Origin: Aeropyrum sp.
GTDB lineage: Archaea; Thermoproteota; Thermoprotei_A; Sulfolobales; Acidilobaceae
DNA length: 64,000 bases
Assembly: GCA_015521685.1 (NCBI GenBank)
Contig: WANT01000024.1
Coordinates: forward strand, 901-64,900
Direction: 5' to 3'
Part shown: one piece after another, positions 36,861 to 47,395 of the stretch
Layout of the letters: each line of letters begins with the position of its first letter
How positions within the stretch are numbered: the first letter of the stretch is position 1
Notes under the pieces: generated by a model
Seen by the model: only the letters and a program-made list of their open reading frames with translations
The model's database searches: none
What the model was told of the DNA's origin: nothing
Made by a program: the position numbers and the translations under genes

Positions 36861-38135
36861 CTACAAGCGTGAATAGTGTACTAGGCCTGGCCTCGATCCC
36901 AGCATCCTAGAGAGTTCATCGAAGAATTCATCCTCCGTCACCACTTCCTGCCTTCCCGCCTCCCACCTCCTCCTAACAGTGATAGTTCTCGTCTCCACTT
37001 CCCTCTTACCTACGACTAGGGTATAGGCGGACCACCTCCTTCCCGCCTCCCTTATCCTCCTACCTAGACCCTCACCCTCGAGTATCCAGACCCTGCTACC
37101 TAGGGATGCCGCTCTGCGGGCTAGTGATGTTGCATAGTCTAGTTCCTCGCCGCCCACTGGTATAATGGTGACTTGGATAGGGGTAAATCCGAAATTCAGG
37201 TATGGCGTGATCCCTTCTTTGGCAATCTTGATTAGCTGGCTTAATGCTAGTCTCGCTATACTGCTGAGAGGGCCTATACAAACCCTACTTTCTCTTCTAA
37301 AGCCAATAATGGATCCATCAGCTCTTGCCTTTATCAGTCCATTCGCGTCTATATCATAGGACGGTTCTCCTTCAAGCATATTGCTTATAAGCTTGAATAC
37401 AGCTTTATATGCTTCCTCGGCATCATTAATGGGCCCTATAACGATGTTGCCAGCACCTGGACCAACATAGATTGACGGTCCTGAGGCTTCGCTACAAGCC
37501 TGATATGCACTCACCAGTGTCTCATGCCAGATGATAGACTCCGGCGTCTTGTACCCACTAATCTCTAGCAATGCGTGAGCCAGATCCATGTATACGGTGT
37601 AGGCCCATGTTGGAGGAAGGCCTCCACCATCGAGAAGCCCTATCCTAGCCATCAACTCTCCAGTACTGCCAGACATCAACTCCTTCAGGCTGGGCCACGG
37701 CTCCTCTCTAGGCTGGTTAGTGAATGTTCTGGATAGTTCTGCAAGGGGATGGCCCTTACATACTAACCTGAATGATTTATACCAGCCGAAGGGTGCTCTG
37801 TGGACCTCGCCTTGATATGATGTCCTCAAAACTGTCTCCAGCCTCGCCAAAGCTTTATGTGCTTTGGAGGGCTTTTCCAGATTGCTTGAGAGGTGGGCGT
37901 AGGGGTACAATACTATTCTTTCCACCTTTAGTCTATCAGCGTGCGAAACGAGGTCCTCAACAGCCATCTTAATAACATCCTCACCGTCACCCATCTCCAC
38001 AGTTATGAATGCTACTAACGCTTCTCCGAAAGAGGCCTCCGAGGGAGGGTCTGGAGGGTTTTTGATGGCAGGCTTGATAGCCCTATAGTGAAATTCATCT
38101 ACATGAAAATATAGAGTTCTCACCTTGACAGGCAC
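36861..38135 (-). CDS. thrS2: Threonyl-tRNA synthetase editing subunit (ThrRS-2: editing + anticodon-binding domains, no catalytic core)
   Basis: YPYAHLSS, RAPFGWYKSF and CKGHPLAELSR editing motifs; C-terminal anticodon-binding domain (VVGKREVE...VRRR); no class II motifs. Confidence 0.88.
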   Translation of the reverse strand: MPVKVRTLYFHVDEFHYRAIKPAIKNPPDPPSEASFGEALVAFITVEMGDGEDVIKMAVEDLVSHADRLKVERIVLYPYAHLSSNLEKPSKAHKALARLETVLRTSYQGEVHRAPFGWYKSFRLVCKGHPLAELSRTFTNQPREEPWPSLKELMSGSTGELMARIGLLDGGGLPPTWAYTVYMDLAHALLEISGYKTPESIIWHETLVSAYQACSEASGPSIYVGPGAGNIVIGPINDAEEAYKAVFKLISNMLEGEPSYDIDANGLIKARADGSIIGFRRESRVCIGPLSSIARLALSQLIKIAKEGITPYLNFGFTPIQVTIIPVGGEELDYATSLARRAASLGSRVWILEGEGLGRRIREAGRRWSAYTLVVGKREVETRTITVRRRWEAGRQEVVTEDEFFDELSRMLGSRPGLVHYSRL

Positions 38136-38307
38136 CCCCCTTTACTTGTTAAATGTTGTGGTGTCAAAATCTTATGGAGTAGGGTGGACTATACTTCCGA
38201 GTGTTGATATTGGTTTTCGCTGGAGGGGGAGAGGGTGGGGACTATTGATTCCAAGATCTCTTTTAAAACTTTAAAAATCCGTGCATATTTAAAGGGGATT
38301 GAAAAAT

Positions 38308-40467
38308 ATGTCTAGCGGTAAAGAGAAGGAGGTTAGAGATATAACTGACCTCCCCGGCGTAGGTCCTACCACAGCTCAGAAGCTCATAGAAGCTGGATAC
38401 ACGACTATAGAAGCCATTGCTGTAGCCACACCCCACGAGATAAGCCAGATAACCGGGATTCCTTTGCTGACAGCTCAGAAAATTGTTGAGGCTGCTCGAG
38501 AGGCTCTTAACATTGATTTCAAGACGGCGTACGACCTCAAGATAGAAAGTATGAGCGTGAAGAAGATAACTACCAGTAGCAGGAATCTGGACGAGCTTCT
38601 GGGCGGGGGCGTGGAGACGAAGACTATAACTGAGTTCTTTGGCGAGTTTGGGAGTGGAAAGTGTGTTACGGGAGATACTCCGGTGCTCCATCTCGTGGGC
38701 TCAGGCCTACGTCTTACTCCTATAGAAGATCTCTACAGGTCGTTCGCGGAAGCTTACGGAGAACAGCCCCACGATGAAGGCTATATCGTGAAGGCTAGAG
38801 GGCTAAAAGTACTGGCTTTCGATAGCTCTGGATTGAGGGTATCGGAGGCAGCTTACCTATACAGGGAGAGGGCTAGGAGCCTTATCGAGATACGCTTGTC
38901 GAGCGGAGCTAGAGTTAAAGCAACTCCCAGACACCCGCTTCTAGTACTATCAGGTTCAGGAGTAGTTTGGAAGAGTGCTGGCCTTATCAGGCCTGGCGAC
39001 TATGTTGCTCTAGCTCTTAGAACCATGCCCCAACTTACAAAGCCTAGTTTCGACCCCAATAAGCTCTATAAGATTGGGGCTTTCCTATCTAGAGGTGAAG
39101 AATGTATTAAGGAGAGCCATGTCAAAGCCTCGGAAGGTGCGGAGGCTGTAGATGGCTCTTCCGTTTCCCTTGTTTACGAGTCTAATCCTGACGGGTGCGT
39201 AAGTATTGAGGACTTTGTAACGCAGCTTCTATCCCTGGATAGAGCTAGTATAGCCGCATTTCTAGCTGGCTTCTTCGAGGGCCGGGATAGCGGAGTTGAG
39301 GGTGAATGGATAGAGATAGCTCTGGAGGGTAGGGTCGCAAGAACTTTTGGATACCTACTAGCTAGGATAGGGGTTAAACCCGTAATAGAGTGGCGTAGCG
39401 GCGGGGCAGCAATCATCCGCGTAAGGCGTTCTGACGTTGATGCCATAAAATCGGGGAAGACTGGCGATGATTTTAGAGTCCCCTCTGCGATTATATCCTA
39501 TATCGCTGAGTCCCTCAAAAACCTTAAGCATTCTCGGAGAGATGTCGAGCGAATACTAGAAGAGTTAAGCGTCTCGGAGGGCTGGGTCAGCACGTCCTCA
39601 CTAAGACGAGCTGCGCTTAGCCTCGCTGGCATTGCAGACGCCCTTAGGCAGCAGGCATCCTCATCCGACAACTACGGCTTGGTGGAGGAGGCAGTCCTGA
39701 TAGACGACTTGATATTCACTATTGGCTTAGCCCTAAGGCTGGACTGGGATATGGTTGTGGAGACGAGGATCGTCGAGTACGATGGCTATGTTTATGACGT
39801 TGTCGTTCCCCACTACCACTCGTTCGTCGCTGGAGACCTGCCTATAGTTATGCACAACACACAGATATGCCACCAGCTAGCGGTCAATGTTCAGCTACCT
39901 GAAGATAAGGGAGGCCTCGCTGGCAGGGCCGTATACATTGATACAGAAGGCACTTTCCGCTGGGAGAGGATAGAGCAGATGGCGAGAGGGGTTGGCTTAG
40001 ATCCTGACGATGTTATGAAGAACATTTACTGGATAAGAGCGATAAACAGCCACCACCAGATTGCCATTGTGGATAAACTCTTCGGCGTGGTCAAGAATGA
40101 GGATATAAAGCTGGTAGTGGTTGATAGCGTGACCAGCCACTTCAGAGCAGAGTACCCCGGGAGAGAGAATCTCGCGATGAGACAACAACTCCTCAACCGC
40201 CACCTCCACCAACTGATGAGGATAGCGGATATCTTCAACATAGCCGTAGTCATTACAAACCAGGTGATGGCGAGGCCTGACGTGTTCTACGGGGATCCCA
40301 CCCAGGCGGTTGGAGGGCACGTGGTGGGTCATGCGCCTGGAGTCAGAGTTTATCTTAAGAAGAGTAGAGGCAACAAGAGGATAGCTAGAGTTGTAGATGC
40401 ACCCCACCTACCTGAAGGCGAGACAGTATTCGTTATAACCGAATGGGGTATACGCGACCCTGAGTAG
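38308..40467 (+). CDS. radA: DNA repair recombinase RadA, intein-containing precursor
   Basis: HhH DLPGVGP, GEFGSGK|intein|[25 protein letters not shown] and GGHVVGHA; the exteins total 320 aa from ATG 38308. Confidence 0.97.
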   Translation: MSSGKEKEVRDITDLPGVGPTTAQKLIEAGYTTIEAIAVATPHEISQITGIPLLTAQKIVEAAREALNIDFKTAYDLKIESMSVKKITTSSRNLDELLGGGVETKTITEFFGEFGSGKCVTGDTPVLHLVGSGLRLTPIEDLYRSFAEAYGEQPHDEGYIVKARGLKVLAFDSSGLRVSEAAYLYRERARSLIEIRLSSGARVKATPRHPLLVLSGSGVVWKSAGLIRPGDYVALALRTMPQLTKPSFDPNKLYKIGAFLSRGEECIKESHVKASEGAEAVDGSSVSLVYESNPDGCVSIEDFVTQLLSLDRASIAAFLAGFFEGRDSGVEGEWIEIALEGRVARTFGYLLARIGVKPVIEWRSGGAAIIRVRRSDVDAIKSGKTGDDFRVPSAIISYIAESLKNLKHSRRDVERILEELSVSEGWVSTSSLRRAALSLAGIADALRQQASSSDNYGLVEEAVLIDDLIFTIGLALRLDWDMVVETRIVEYDGYVYDVVVPHYHSFVAGDLPIVMHNTQICHQLAVNVQLPEDKGGLAGRAVYIDTEGTFRWERIEQMARGVGLDPDDVMKNIYWIRAINSHHQIAIVDKLFGVVKNEDIKLVVVDSVTSHFRAEYPGRENLAMRQQLLNRHLHQLMRIADIFNIAVVITNQVMARPDVFYGDPTQAVGGHVVGHAPGVRVYLKKSRGNKRIARVVDAPHLPEGETVFVITEWGIRDPE
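38662..39858 (+). mobile_element. Intein (399 aa) in the RadA Walker A motif, with a degenerate LAGLIDADG-type homing endonuclease region
   Basis: Starts CVTGDT (block A); ATPRHPL (block B TxxH); [15 protein letters not shown] (block F); IVMHN|T (block G, +1 Thr); internal [11 protein letters not shown] and [12 protein letters not shown]. Confidence 0.95.
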
Positions 40468-40501
40468 GCGTGCCATGATCTAATGGTGTGGTGCTAGCCT
40501 T

Positions 40502-41155
40502 TTGTACGAAACCAGTTTTTTCGACCTCATACCTCCACCCTATCTATACGCATTGATAGTTCTAGCCATGGCTGGAGCCAGCGACGCCCTCTACAGAGAA
40601 GTAGATCCTCCGCTGTGGTATATCGGCTCCAAGGCTGGCATTCTGCTCTTCACACTAACAACAAGCAATCTAGACCTAACAATCAATGAGGCATTCATGG
40701 CACTCCAAGGAATACTCGTGGTGATTGCAGCATACATTCTGTACAGGCTTTGCATGCTCGGGGGGGCGGATGTCGCAGCGCTCATATTTATCCTGTTCTC
40801 GACGCCCTTACCTCTACACCTTCCTATCTCGCCTATCGCTGCATCGCTGGCACTATCGGCTCCAGCCCTCGGAGCATATCTAGCATTTTCATCGCTTAAA
40901 GCCAGGAGGTCTGGATGGCTTGCTGGGCCGGAGGACCTCGTTGTGGGAGGCCGATTTAAGTGGTGGCTGCCTAAGGTCCAGGAATTTGATTTATCCGATA
41001 ATAGGAAGACTTGCGCCCTAGATTATGATCCCCCCGCCGTATTAGTGCTGTCTAGTCGAGATAGGGCTAGGGTAGAGCCGGGTCTGCCATTAGTGGCTTT
41101 CATTTCGCTGGGATACATGCTGTATCTCGTGGTGGAACTTGCCCTCGCGCTTTAG
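40502..41155 (+). CDS. A24-family prepilin/prearchaellin peptidase (PibD/FlaK-like)
   Basis: Multi-TM protein with ASD...EV and LGGAD aspartate motifs; C-terminal V-x-PGLPLV. Confidence 0.75.
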   Translation: MYETSFFDLIPPPYLYALIVLAMAGASDALYREVDPPLWYIGSKAGILLFTLTTSNLDLTINEAFMALQGILVVIAAYILYRLCMLGGADVAALIFILFSTPLPLHLPISPIAASLALSAPALGAYLAFSSLKARRSGWLAGPEDLVVGGRFKWWLPKVQEFDLSDNRKTCALDYDPPAVLVLSSRDRARVEPGLPLVAFISLGYMLYLVVELALAL

Positions 41156-41187
41156 CCCATCTTGGCTTGATGAGGGGTCGATGATGG

Positions 41188-41213
41188 ATGTTAAGCGTAT
41201 TAATCCTTAACAT
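41188..41213. promoter_or_regulatory. 8-bp inverted repeat around a TATA-like box upstream of the HIT gene
   Basis: ATGTTAAG-cgtattaatc-CTTAACAT, ending 28 nt before ATG 41241. Confidence 0.35.
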
Positions 41214-41240
41214 TGTTGAGGGTAGACCTCCGGTAGGGGG

Positions 41241-41780
41241 ATGGCTGTCTTGCGCTGGGTCAAACCATGGTTCGAGATCCTGTGGGCACCTTGGAGGATG
41301 AAATACATAGCTAGTACTGTTAAATCTGGAAGTGTAGAGTGTATATTCTGCGAGGCACCCAAGCTGGGGAGCGACGAGGAGGCCCTCATACTCTATAGGT
41401 CCTCTAAGAACTACGTCATTCTAAACAAGTACCCCTACAATACTGGCCACACGATGGTGACTACGTTTAGACACATAGCATCGATAGAGGACCTAGGAGA
41501 CGACGAGCTTCTCGAAGCCTCTAAGCTTGTTAAAGCCGTTGTTAGAGCTCTAAGGCGGCTCTACAACCCTCACGGATTTAACGTGGGCATAAATATAGGA
41601 TCGGCGGCGGGCGCGGGCATTGCAGGGCATTTCCACATTCACATAGTACCTAGGTGGAGTGGGGACGCCAACTTCATGCTAACTACTGGAGGGACCAAAG
41701 TGCTACCGGAGACTCTAGACATAACGTATAGAAGGCTGAAGCCCGTTTTAGAGGAAGAGGCGCGGAGAGAGGGTGTCTAG
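41241..41780 (+). CDS. hit: HIT-family hydrolase (Ap4A phosphorylase-like)
   Basis: WAPWRMKYI, CIFC, LNKYPYNTGH and HFHIHIVPR. Confidence 0.93.
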   Translation: MAVLRWVKPWFEILWAPWRMKYIASTVKSGSVECIFCEAPKLGSDEEALILYRSSKNYVILNKYPYNTGHTMVTTFRHIASIEDLGDDELLEASKLVKAVVRALRRLYNPHGFNVGINIGSAAGAGIAGHFHIHIVPRWSGDANFMLTTGGTKVLPETLDITYRRLKPVLEEEARREGV

Positions 41781-41783
41781 ATA

Positions 41784-42809
41784 GTGAGCCCAACACCCAG
41801 GTTTAATCACCTATACCTAGTAACACACACAGATCTAGATGGAATCGCATCAGCAGCCATAGCGGCCAGGAAGCTTGGTCGGTCTGAAGAAGGGTATTCT
41901 GTTCTGTTCGCGGAGCCCTACAACGTTGACCAGGTTATCGCTGGGCTCGAGGAACACTTGAGTAAGGGTGACCTCGTCGTTGTCAGCGATCTGGGAGTAA
42001 ATAGAGACTCCTTTCAGGGGCTACTGGAGGCGCTCAGAGGGTTAACGGGTGTTGGAGCCTATGTTAAGTGGTTCGACCACCATATCTGGTCTGAAGAAGA
42101 GCGCAACGCTCTCCTAGACTTAGGCGTCGAGTTACATGTCGATACATCAACATGTGCGGCTGGGGTTGTGGCTAAATACCTAGAGGGTCCTGTTGATGAT
42201 TTCGTCGAGAAACTTGTTGACGCCGTATGCTCCGCCGATTTATGGAGGTGGACAAACCCGCTGAGCGGGAAGCTCTTCAGGATTGTTGGAGAGAGGAGCC
42301 AGTCCTGGGAGTGGAAGGAGAGGCTAGTTGGGAAATTCGCGTCTGGCGTAATTTGGGACAACGAGCTTGATGCTAGGCTTGAGGAATACGTTACCCAGGA
42401 GCTAGAGGGTTACAATAGAGTATTGAGTACAGTAGCCTCGCGAAGGGCCAACGGATACCTAGTAGTCGCCGCTTACAAATACTTTAGAGGGCCTCCTAGT
42501 AGCAGCATGATTGGCGCTCTACTCCTATCCCGCTACAATGCTGATATAGCTTTGATACTGCGCAACGATGGAGGCTTGAGTCTGAGGAGTAGGAGGGTTA
42601 ATGTGCAGGTGGTGGCTAGAGCTCTGGGTGGTGGTGGACACCCAAGAGCCTCGGGTGCGAAGCTAAAGATGCCTCTACTGGTTAGAATCGGCTCTAAGAT
42701 CTACCCAAAACTGGCTTCAATCTATGCCAGTCAAACGGTGTCAAAGATCGTATCTAGGCTCGGGAGGGAAGTTGAGGTGGTGGTTGCTTCTGCTAGGAGT
42801 GCGATATAA
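41784..42809 (+). CDS. DHH/DHHA1 phosphoesterase
   Basis: THTDLDG, SDLG, FDHH and GGGHPRASG. Confidence 0.9.
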   Translation: MSPTPRFNHLYLVTHTDLDGIASAAIAARKLGRSEEGYSVLFAEPYNVDQVIAGLEEHLSKGDLVVVSDLGVNRDSFQGLLEALRGLTGVGAYVKWFDHHIWSEEERNALLDLGVELHVDTSTCAAGVVAKYLEGPVDDFVEKLVDAVCSADLWRWTNPLSGKLFRIVGERSQSWEWKERLVGKFASGVIWDNELDARLEEYVTQELEGYNRVLSTVASRRANGYLVVAAYKYFRGPPSSSMIGALLLSRYNADIALILRNDGGLSLRSRRVNVQVVARALGGGGHPRASGAKLKMPLLVRIGSKIYPKLASIYASQTVSKIVSRLGREVEVVVASARSAI

Positions 42810-42899
42810 CCTCTACAAACCAATATTAAATAATTAATGTAGTGTAGAATGCCTGAGTATATTAGGCTTTATCAAAAGTGCTATGGGGTCAGCTAGGGT

Positions 42900-44327
42900 A
42901 TGCCTGGAGTCAGTAGCAAGCTAACCACGGCTACTCTCGTGTTGCTAATCGTGTCATTAGTGGCTCTATCCACAGTATCGCAGGCGCAACTAAGGCATCC
43001 CCTAGATTTGAGAGACCCTGTCGAGGCCCTTCTCGACAGCCCCTTCATATACCCTCTCGCATATGAAGACTACGCGTGCCTAGCAGAGTCACTATATTCA
43101 ACCCTACTTTCCTCGCCATATGCCGAGATATTCTTAGAGGAGCTTCCCTCACTACCCTCCAAGGATAAGCGGGATCTCATTGCAATGATTGACGCATCCA
43201 TGATTCTATCTAAAATACCTGCTACTTACAACCCGGCAGCTGAGGACCTCCTATCCGAGGCTAAAGATTCCATATCAAGGAGTGTGTTGAGCCTTCTGGC
43301 CGCGGGATTCGACCCTGAAAAGAAGTATGCATCCACGGAAATAGTTGTGGGCGGATCGTGCCAAGGCATAACTATTCGAGGGCCCGCCTCCCACGTCGTC
43401 ATAACTCTGGTTAACTCTGTGGTGGCAGGCGATACGGTCGTGCTCGTGCCTGTGAGCTCTAAGGTAAAAATATCTGGTGCGATTCCCTCCAGCGAGGGTG
43501 CTGGACCTTCAGTCAATCCGGCCCTCAATCCCGAGTTCGAGGATAAGATAAGGCAGGAGCTATTTCCGGAGGATCCCTATCCCTACACTCCTCGTGATGT
43601 GGAGGGAGTCAGCGAGGAGGTGATAGAGGACGGTGAGGCTGGTGAGGCTAGTGGCGACGACTCGGCTGGGATCGTAGACCTGAGGGACATTTTAAGCGAG
43701 CTTGCCCGTAGGCTGGGAGACGCAAGCTCCGAAGGTAGTGCAGGAAGTATTCCCGGGGGAGCTGAGATTGGGGGAGGGTCAGAAGCCTCAATAGCCGGAA
43801 GGATAGCTGGGTCCATAGGAATAACCTTCCAAGATATTCAGAAACTTTCTGAAATCCTTAATGTTGATTTCCCTATGGGTTACACAGGTGGCGGGGAGCC
43901 CGGCTCTGTAGTGGTTCCTTCGTCTCCATTCACTCTAGGCAGGGAGGGCCTAGCCTTCACCATTGCTGGGCTAGCCCTCTTCACTCTAGTGTCAGCTACG
44001 GTATTCTATGGGCCAAGTCTAGCTAGGGAGCTTAAGTTCTTGTCTAGAAGGCTCATGAGAAGGCAGTATCCAAGCGAGATTGAGGAGTGTTACTGGAAGG
44101 CTGTTAGAGAGCTCTCCAAGATTGTAGTCAAGGAGGAGTGGGAGACGCCGAGGGAGCATTTGCGGAAGGTTGCTGAGAGGCTTGGATCTCCCTCCGAGGC
44201 TATAGTGGCGTACTCCTCCATTGTTAATCTTTATGAGAGGGTTAGGTATGGTGGAATGGATGCTTCGAAGGAGGATGTTTTGGTGTGCTGGTCTAACCTA
44301 GGGGTAATCAAGAGTGATTCTCGATAA
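42900..44327 (+). CDS. Membrane-anchored DUF4129-like protein (MoxR cluster)
   Basis: Signal-peptide-like N-terminus, acidic Gly/Ser-rich linker, TM helix, C-terminal ETPREH...LYERVRYG pattern. Confidence 0.7.
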   Translation: MPGVSSKLTTATLVLLIVSLVALSTVSQAQLRHPLDLRDPVEALLDSPFIYPLAYEDYACLAESLYSTLLSSPYAEIFLEELPSLPSKDKRDLIAMIDASMILSKIPATYNPAAEDLLSEAKDSISRSVLSLLAAGFDPEKKYASTEIVVGGSCQGITIRGPASHVVITLVNSVVAGDTVVLVPVSSKVKISGAIPSSEGAGPSVNPALNPEFEDKIRQELFPEDPYPYTPRDVEGVSEEVIEDGEAGEASGDDSAGIVDLRDILSELARRLGDASSEGSAGSIPGGAEIGGGSEASIAGRIAGSIGITFQDIQKLSEILNVDFPMGYTGGGEPGSVVVPSSPFTLGREGLAFTIAGLALFTLVSATVFYGPSLARELKFLSRRLMRRQYPSEIEECYWKAVRELSKIVVKEEWETPREHLRKVAERLGSPSEAIVAYSSIVNLYERVRYGGMDASKEDVLVCWSNLGVIKSDSR

Positions 44328-45351
44328 GAGAATTATAGTTGCTATAGTTCTTCTTGTACTTATTCTTGGGAGCATGGAATCGAGGCCAAGGGCACTTATT
44401 CTGAGCATCGCGACTCCTGACGACGCGCCCCTACCTTATAACGATGGCCCTCTTGGGATTTCTATACTCTCTGAGAAGCTAGTTGAGGAGGGATTCGAGG
44501 TCGTCATAATTCCTGAACCTGAGGACCTCGAACGATACCTTTTTTCAAGGGAGGCCTCAGACGAGAGGATTATAGTGACAATCATAGGGTCTGATAGCCT
44601 CGTCAACAAGTCGAGCCTAGCTGAAACCCTAAGGATAGTAGCTGAGGCCTCATCGACCTCTAAAATTTCCCTTGTTTATGCTGACGAAAGACCCCTCCTT
44701 CCACTGGATTCAAAGGAGTGGATGTTAGTTCAGGAGGAACTGTGTGGTATTCACTACTTTAGCTTGGGGTCGATGGAGGCTTCAGAGTCCAACATCGTGT
44801 CTGTGATGGGAGGGGAATACGTGGCTTTGACGGGCTATGTCGCTCCGCTAGTCCTATCGCAGAGTGGAGGCGTCGCTTACGCTGCAGAGCCCCCTGACGA
44901 GACTGATATAGTCTTCATGTACGCTTGGCCCTCGCTGGGAGAGGTTAGAGGACTATGGTTTAGTCTCGGGGGCGTCTGTAGTCTTGGTGATGATGTGCTC
45001 GTCGTGATTGGCGACTCAACGATGTTCCTCAACTATATCGTTGAAGTCGGTGATGAGAGCCTGGACGCCGCTGTCCAGCCTTTTATTCTTGCATCGGCAG
45101 GCGAACGAGGTAAAGTAGTCTTTATTCAAGACCTTTATATCTCGGGTGAGCAGAGGAGGAATATAGCGGTTATGCTAGCACCATCTATCATAGTGTTGGC
45201 AGTAGCTGAGCTGTACAGGAGTTTGGAGCCCTCTATAGCCAACTTTCTAGCGTCAACGCCACTAGCCCCAGCATTTATCGCCAGCGTGTCTGTATTCCTC
45301 TGGGCCACCCTTAACTTATTCACTCGCAAAAGGATAACTGGGAGGGGGTAG
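44314..45351 (+). CDS. DUF4350-like exported protein (MoxR cluster)
   Basis: N-terminal hydrophobic anchor, PYNDGPLGISIL, VIGDSTMFLN and a C-terminal TM helix. Confidence 0.6.
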   Translation: MILDKRIIVAIVLLVLILGSMESRPRALILSIATPDDAPLPYNDGPLGISILSEKLVEEGFEVVIIPEPEDLERYLFSREASDERIIVTIIGSDSLVNKSSLAETLRIVAEASSTSKISLVYADERPLLPLDSKEWMLVQEELCGIHYFSLGSMEASESNIVSVMGGEYVALTGYVAPLVLSQSGGVAYAAEPPDETDIVFMYAWPSLGEVRGLWFSLGGVCSLGDDVLVVIGDSTMFLNYIVEVGDESLDAAVQPFILASAGERGKVVFIQDLYISGEQRRNIAVMLAPSIIVLAVAELYRSLEPSIANFLASTPLAPAFIASVSVFLWATLNLFTRKRITGRG

Positions 45352-45357
45352 GCTAGA

Positions 45358-46305
45358 TTGGAGAGGCCCTCATCTAGCGAAATAGCCAGGGCTTCTGAAA
45401 TCTTGGATAGGGTTAGGAGCGCGCTCAGCAACGCTATTGTCGGCAAGGAGTGGGAGCTTGAGATTGCGCTCGCCACTATGGTTGCTGGAGGCCATATTCT
45501 TGTTGAGGGTGTGCCAGGAGTGGCTAAAACAACGCTTGCCAAGGCACTCGCGGGAGTTTTCGGGTTGACCTTCAGCAGGATTCAATTTACTCCAGATACC
45601 TTACCGAGCGACATTATAGGGACCCACGTCTTCGTTGGTAACGGGTTCATCTTCAAGAGAGGCCCAATATTCTCAAATGTTGTCTTAGCCGACGAGATCA
45701 ATAGAGGTAATCCAAGGACCCAGAGTGCGTTCCTAGAGGCGATGCAGGAGAGGCAGGTGACAGTTTGGGGCGAGACTTTCGAGCTACCTAAGCCCTTTAT
45801 AGTTCTTGCTACTATGAACCCTCTAGAGCTTGAGGGTGTTTATCCCCTTCCAGAGGCACAGCTGGACAGGTTCATGAGTATAATCCAACTAGGCTATCCA
45901 GAGCGTGAAGAAGAAATCATTATTGTTGAGAGAGGGGACGAGCTGGAGGATCTCGAAGTTCAGACTGTTGCAACATCATCCGACCTAGAGTACCTACAGG
46001 ACCTCTCTAAACGTGTCCATGTGGAGAGGCCAGTACTTGGCTATATTGTGGATATAGTCAGGCGGACTAGGAGTGTTGAGGGCGTTGAGTTAGGAGCCAG
46101 TCCAAGAGCTGGAATTCACCTACTGAAATTATCAAGGAGCATAGCAGTATTGAGGGGAAGGGATTATGTTATCCCTGATGATGTTAAGGAGGCCTCTAGA
46201 GTTACCTTGCCACACAGGATAAGAGTTAGCCCACTATACAAAGGGAAGGGGTTGACTGGTAGGGATGTGGTAGAGCATGTCCTCCAGACTATTAAGGCTC
46301 CCTAA
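45358..46305 (+). CDS. moxR: MoxR-family AAA+ ATPase
   Basis: [42 protein letters not shown] and GASPR. Confidence 0.95.
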   Translation: MERPSSSEIARASEILDRVRSALSNAIVGKEWELEIALATMVAGGHILVEGVPGVAKTTLAKALAGVFGLTFSRIQFTPDTLPSDIIGTHVFVGNGFIFKRGPIFSNVVLADEINRGNPRTQSAFLEAMQERQVTVWGETFELPKPFIVLATMNPLELEGVYPLPEAQLDRFMSIIQLGYPEREEEIIIVERGDELEDLEVQTVATSSDLEYLQDLSKRVHVERPVLGYIVDIVRRTRSVEGVELGASPRAGIHLLKLSRSIAVLRGRDYVIPDDVKEASRVTLPHRIRVSPLYKGKGLTGRDVVEHVLQTIKAP

Positions 46306-47392
46306 AATTTTGAAGCCCATCAAGCCCGGCAAGCCTGAAAACCTTAATATATCTCAGTGGCTGGCGCTAGCATCGACAACCTTTATTGCAGGTTACTACG
46401 TTCACGGCGACCCAATCTTAATATCGGCGGCTATAGTTTCAGGTGCAGTAGCAATCGGATACAGCGTCCCCCACTTCGCTGCAGAGTATTTGGCGGGTGT
46501 ACTACAGCCATCTATACAAATTCCCTCTAGAGCGAGAGAAGGATTGACCGTAACAGCAGAGCTTGTAGTTAGGAATAGGAGTATTATCCCCGTCATAGCC
46601 GAGATAAGCCTTGAATCACAATCCATGGATGTAGTGTGGAAGAGCCACGTCTACCTATCCCCGCTATCAGAGAAGACTATTAGGATAGATTTGGAGGCGA
46701 AATTTGGAAGATATTGCCTAGAGGCTACTGTATCCAGAATATCTGACCCGCTAGGCATGTGGAGCCTCGATACCGCTAGGCTCGCATCGTCCAGATCCTG
46801 TCTTGTTGTCGCCCCTAAGAGTGACTATTCAAAGAGGCCTATGGCTCTGGGTATAGCTGAAGCCCTTGCAGGAGGATCTAGTCGTCACAGGTCCTCGACT
46901 AGCCTGGAGTATAGATCTTTCAGAGAGTATGAGCAGGGAGACGAGCCTAGACTCATAGAATGGAAGCTAAGTAGTAGGAGGGGAGATCTAGTAGTTAAGG
47001 AGTTGGAGCACCGGACATATGGAGGAGAGGTGCCCCTGTTAATTCTAGCTGCCAGCAGATCTAGCGCTACAGAACCTATTTTCGAATCTCGCTATGCTGA
47101 CGCTGCTAGAATTGCCGTTGGAATTATGGAGGAGGTTATCAGGAGCGGGTCACACATCAAGTTCGTCATGAAGAGTGAAGAAGGATTCATAGCTATAGAT
47201 GTCAGAGGGGAGCAGGACATACTTACGGCTGGATATCTAATGGCTGAGGCTAGCCTCCCCCACGATATAAGATGGGATGAGTTATTATCCCTTGCAAAGG
47301 GGCTTTCAAGAGCCTCAGCTCCATCCGTAATTCTGGCAACAGAGGCTGTTGAGGAGGTCGATATACCAAACCTCCACGTTATAAGGGTGTAG
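46277..47392 (+). CDS. DUF58 protein (VWA-like MoxR partner)
   Basis: [24 protein letters not shown]...LVVKE signature with N-terminal TM helices. Confidence 0.88.
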   Translation: MSSRLLRLPKILKPIKPGKPENLNISQWLALASTTFIAGYYVHGDPILISAAIVSGAVAIGYSVPHFAAEYLAGVLQPSIQIPSRAREGLTVTAELVVRNRSIIPVIAEISLESQSMDVVWKSHVYLSPLSEKTIRIDLEAKFGRYCLEATVSRISDPLGMWSLDTARLASSRSCLVVAPKSDYSKRPMALGIAEALAGGSSRHRSSTSLEYRSFREYEQGDEPRLIEWKLSSRRGDLVVKELEHRTYGGEVPLLILAASRSSATEPIFESRYADAARIAVGIMEEVIRSGSHIKFVMKSEEGFIAIDVRGEQDILTAGYLMAEASLPHDIRWDELLSLAKGLSRASAPSVILATEAVEEVDIPNLHVIRV

Positions 47393-47395
47393 GAC

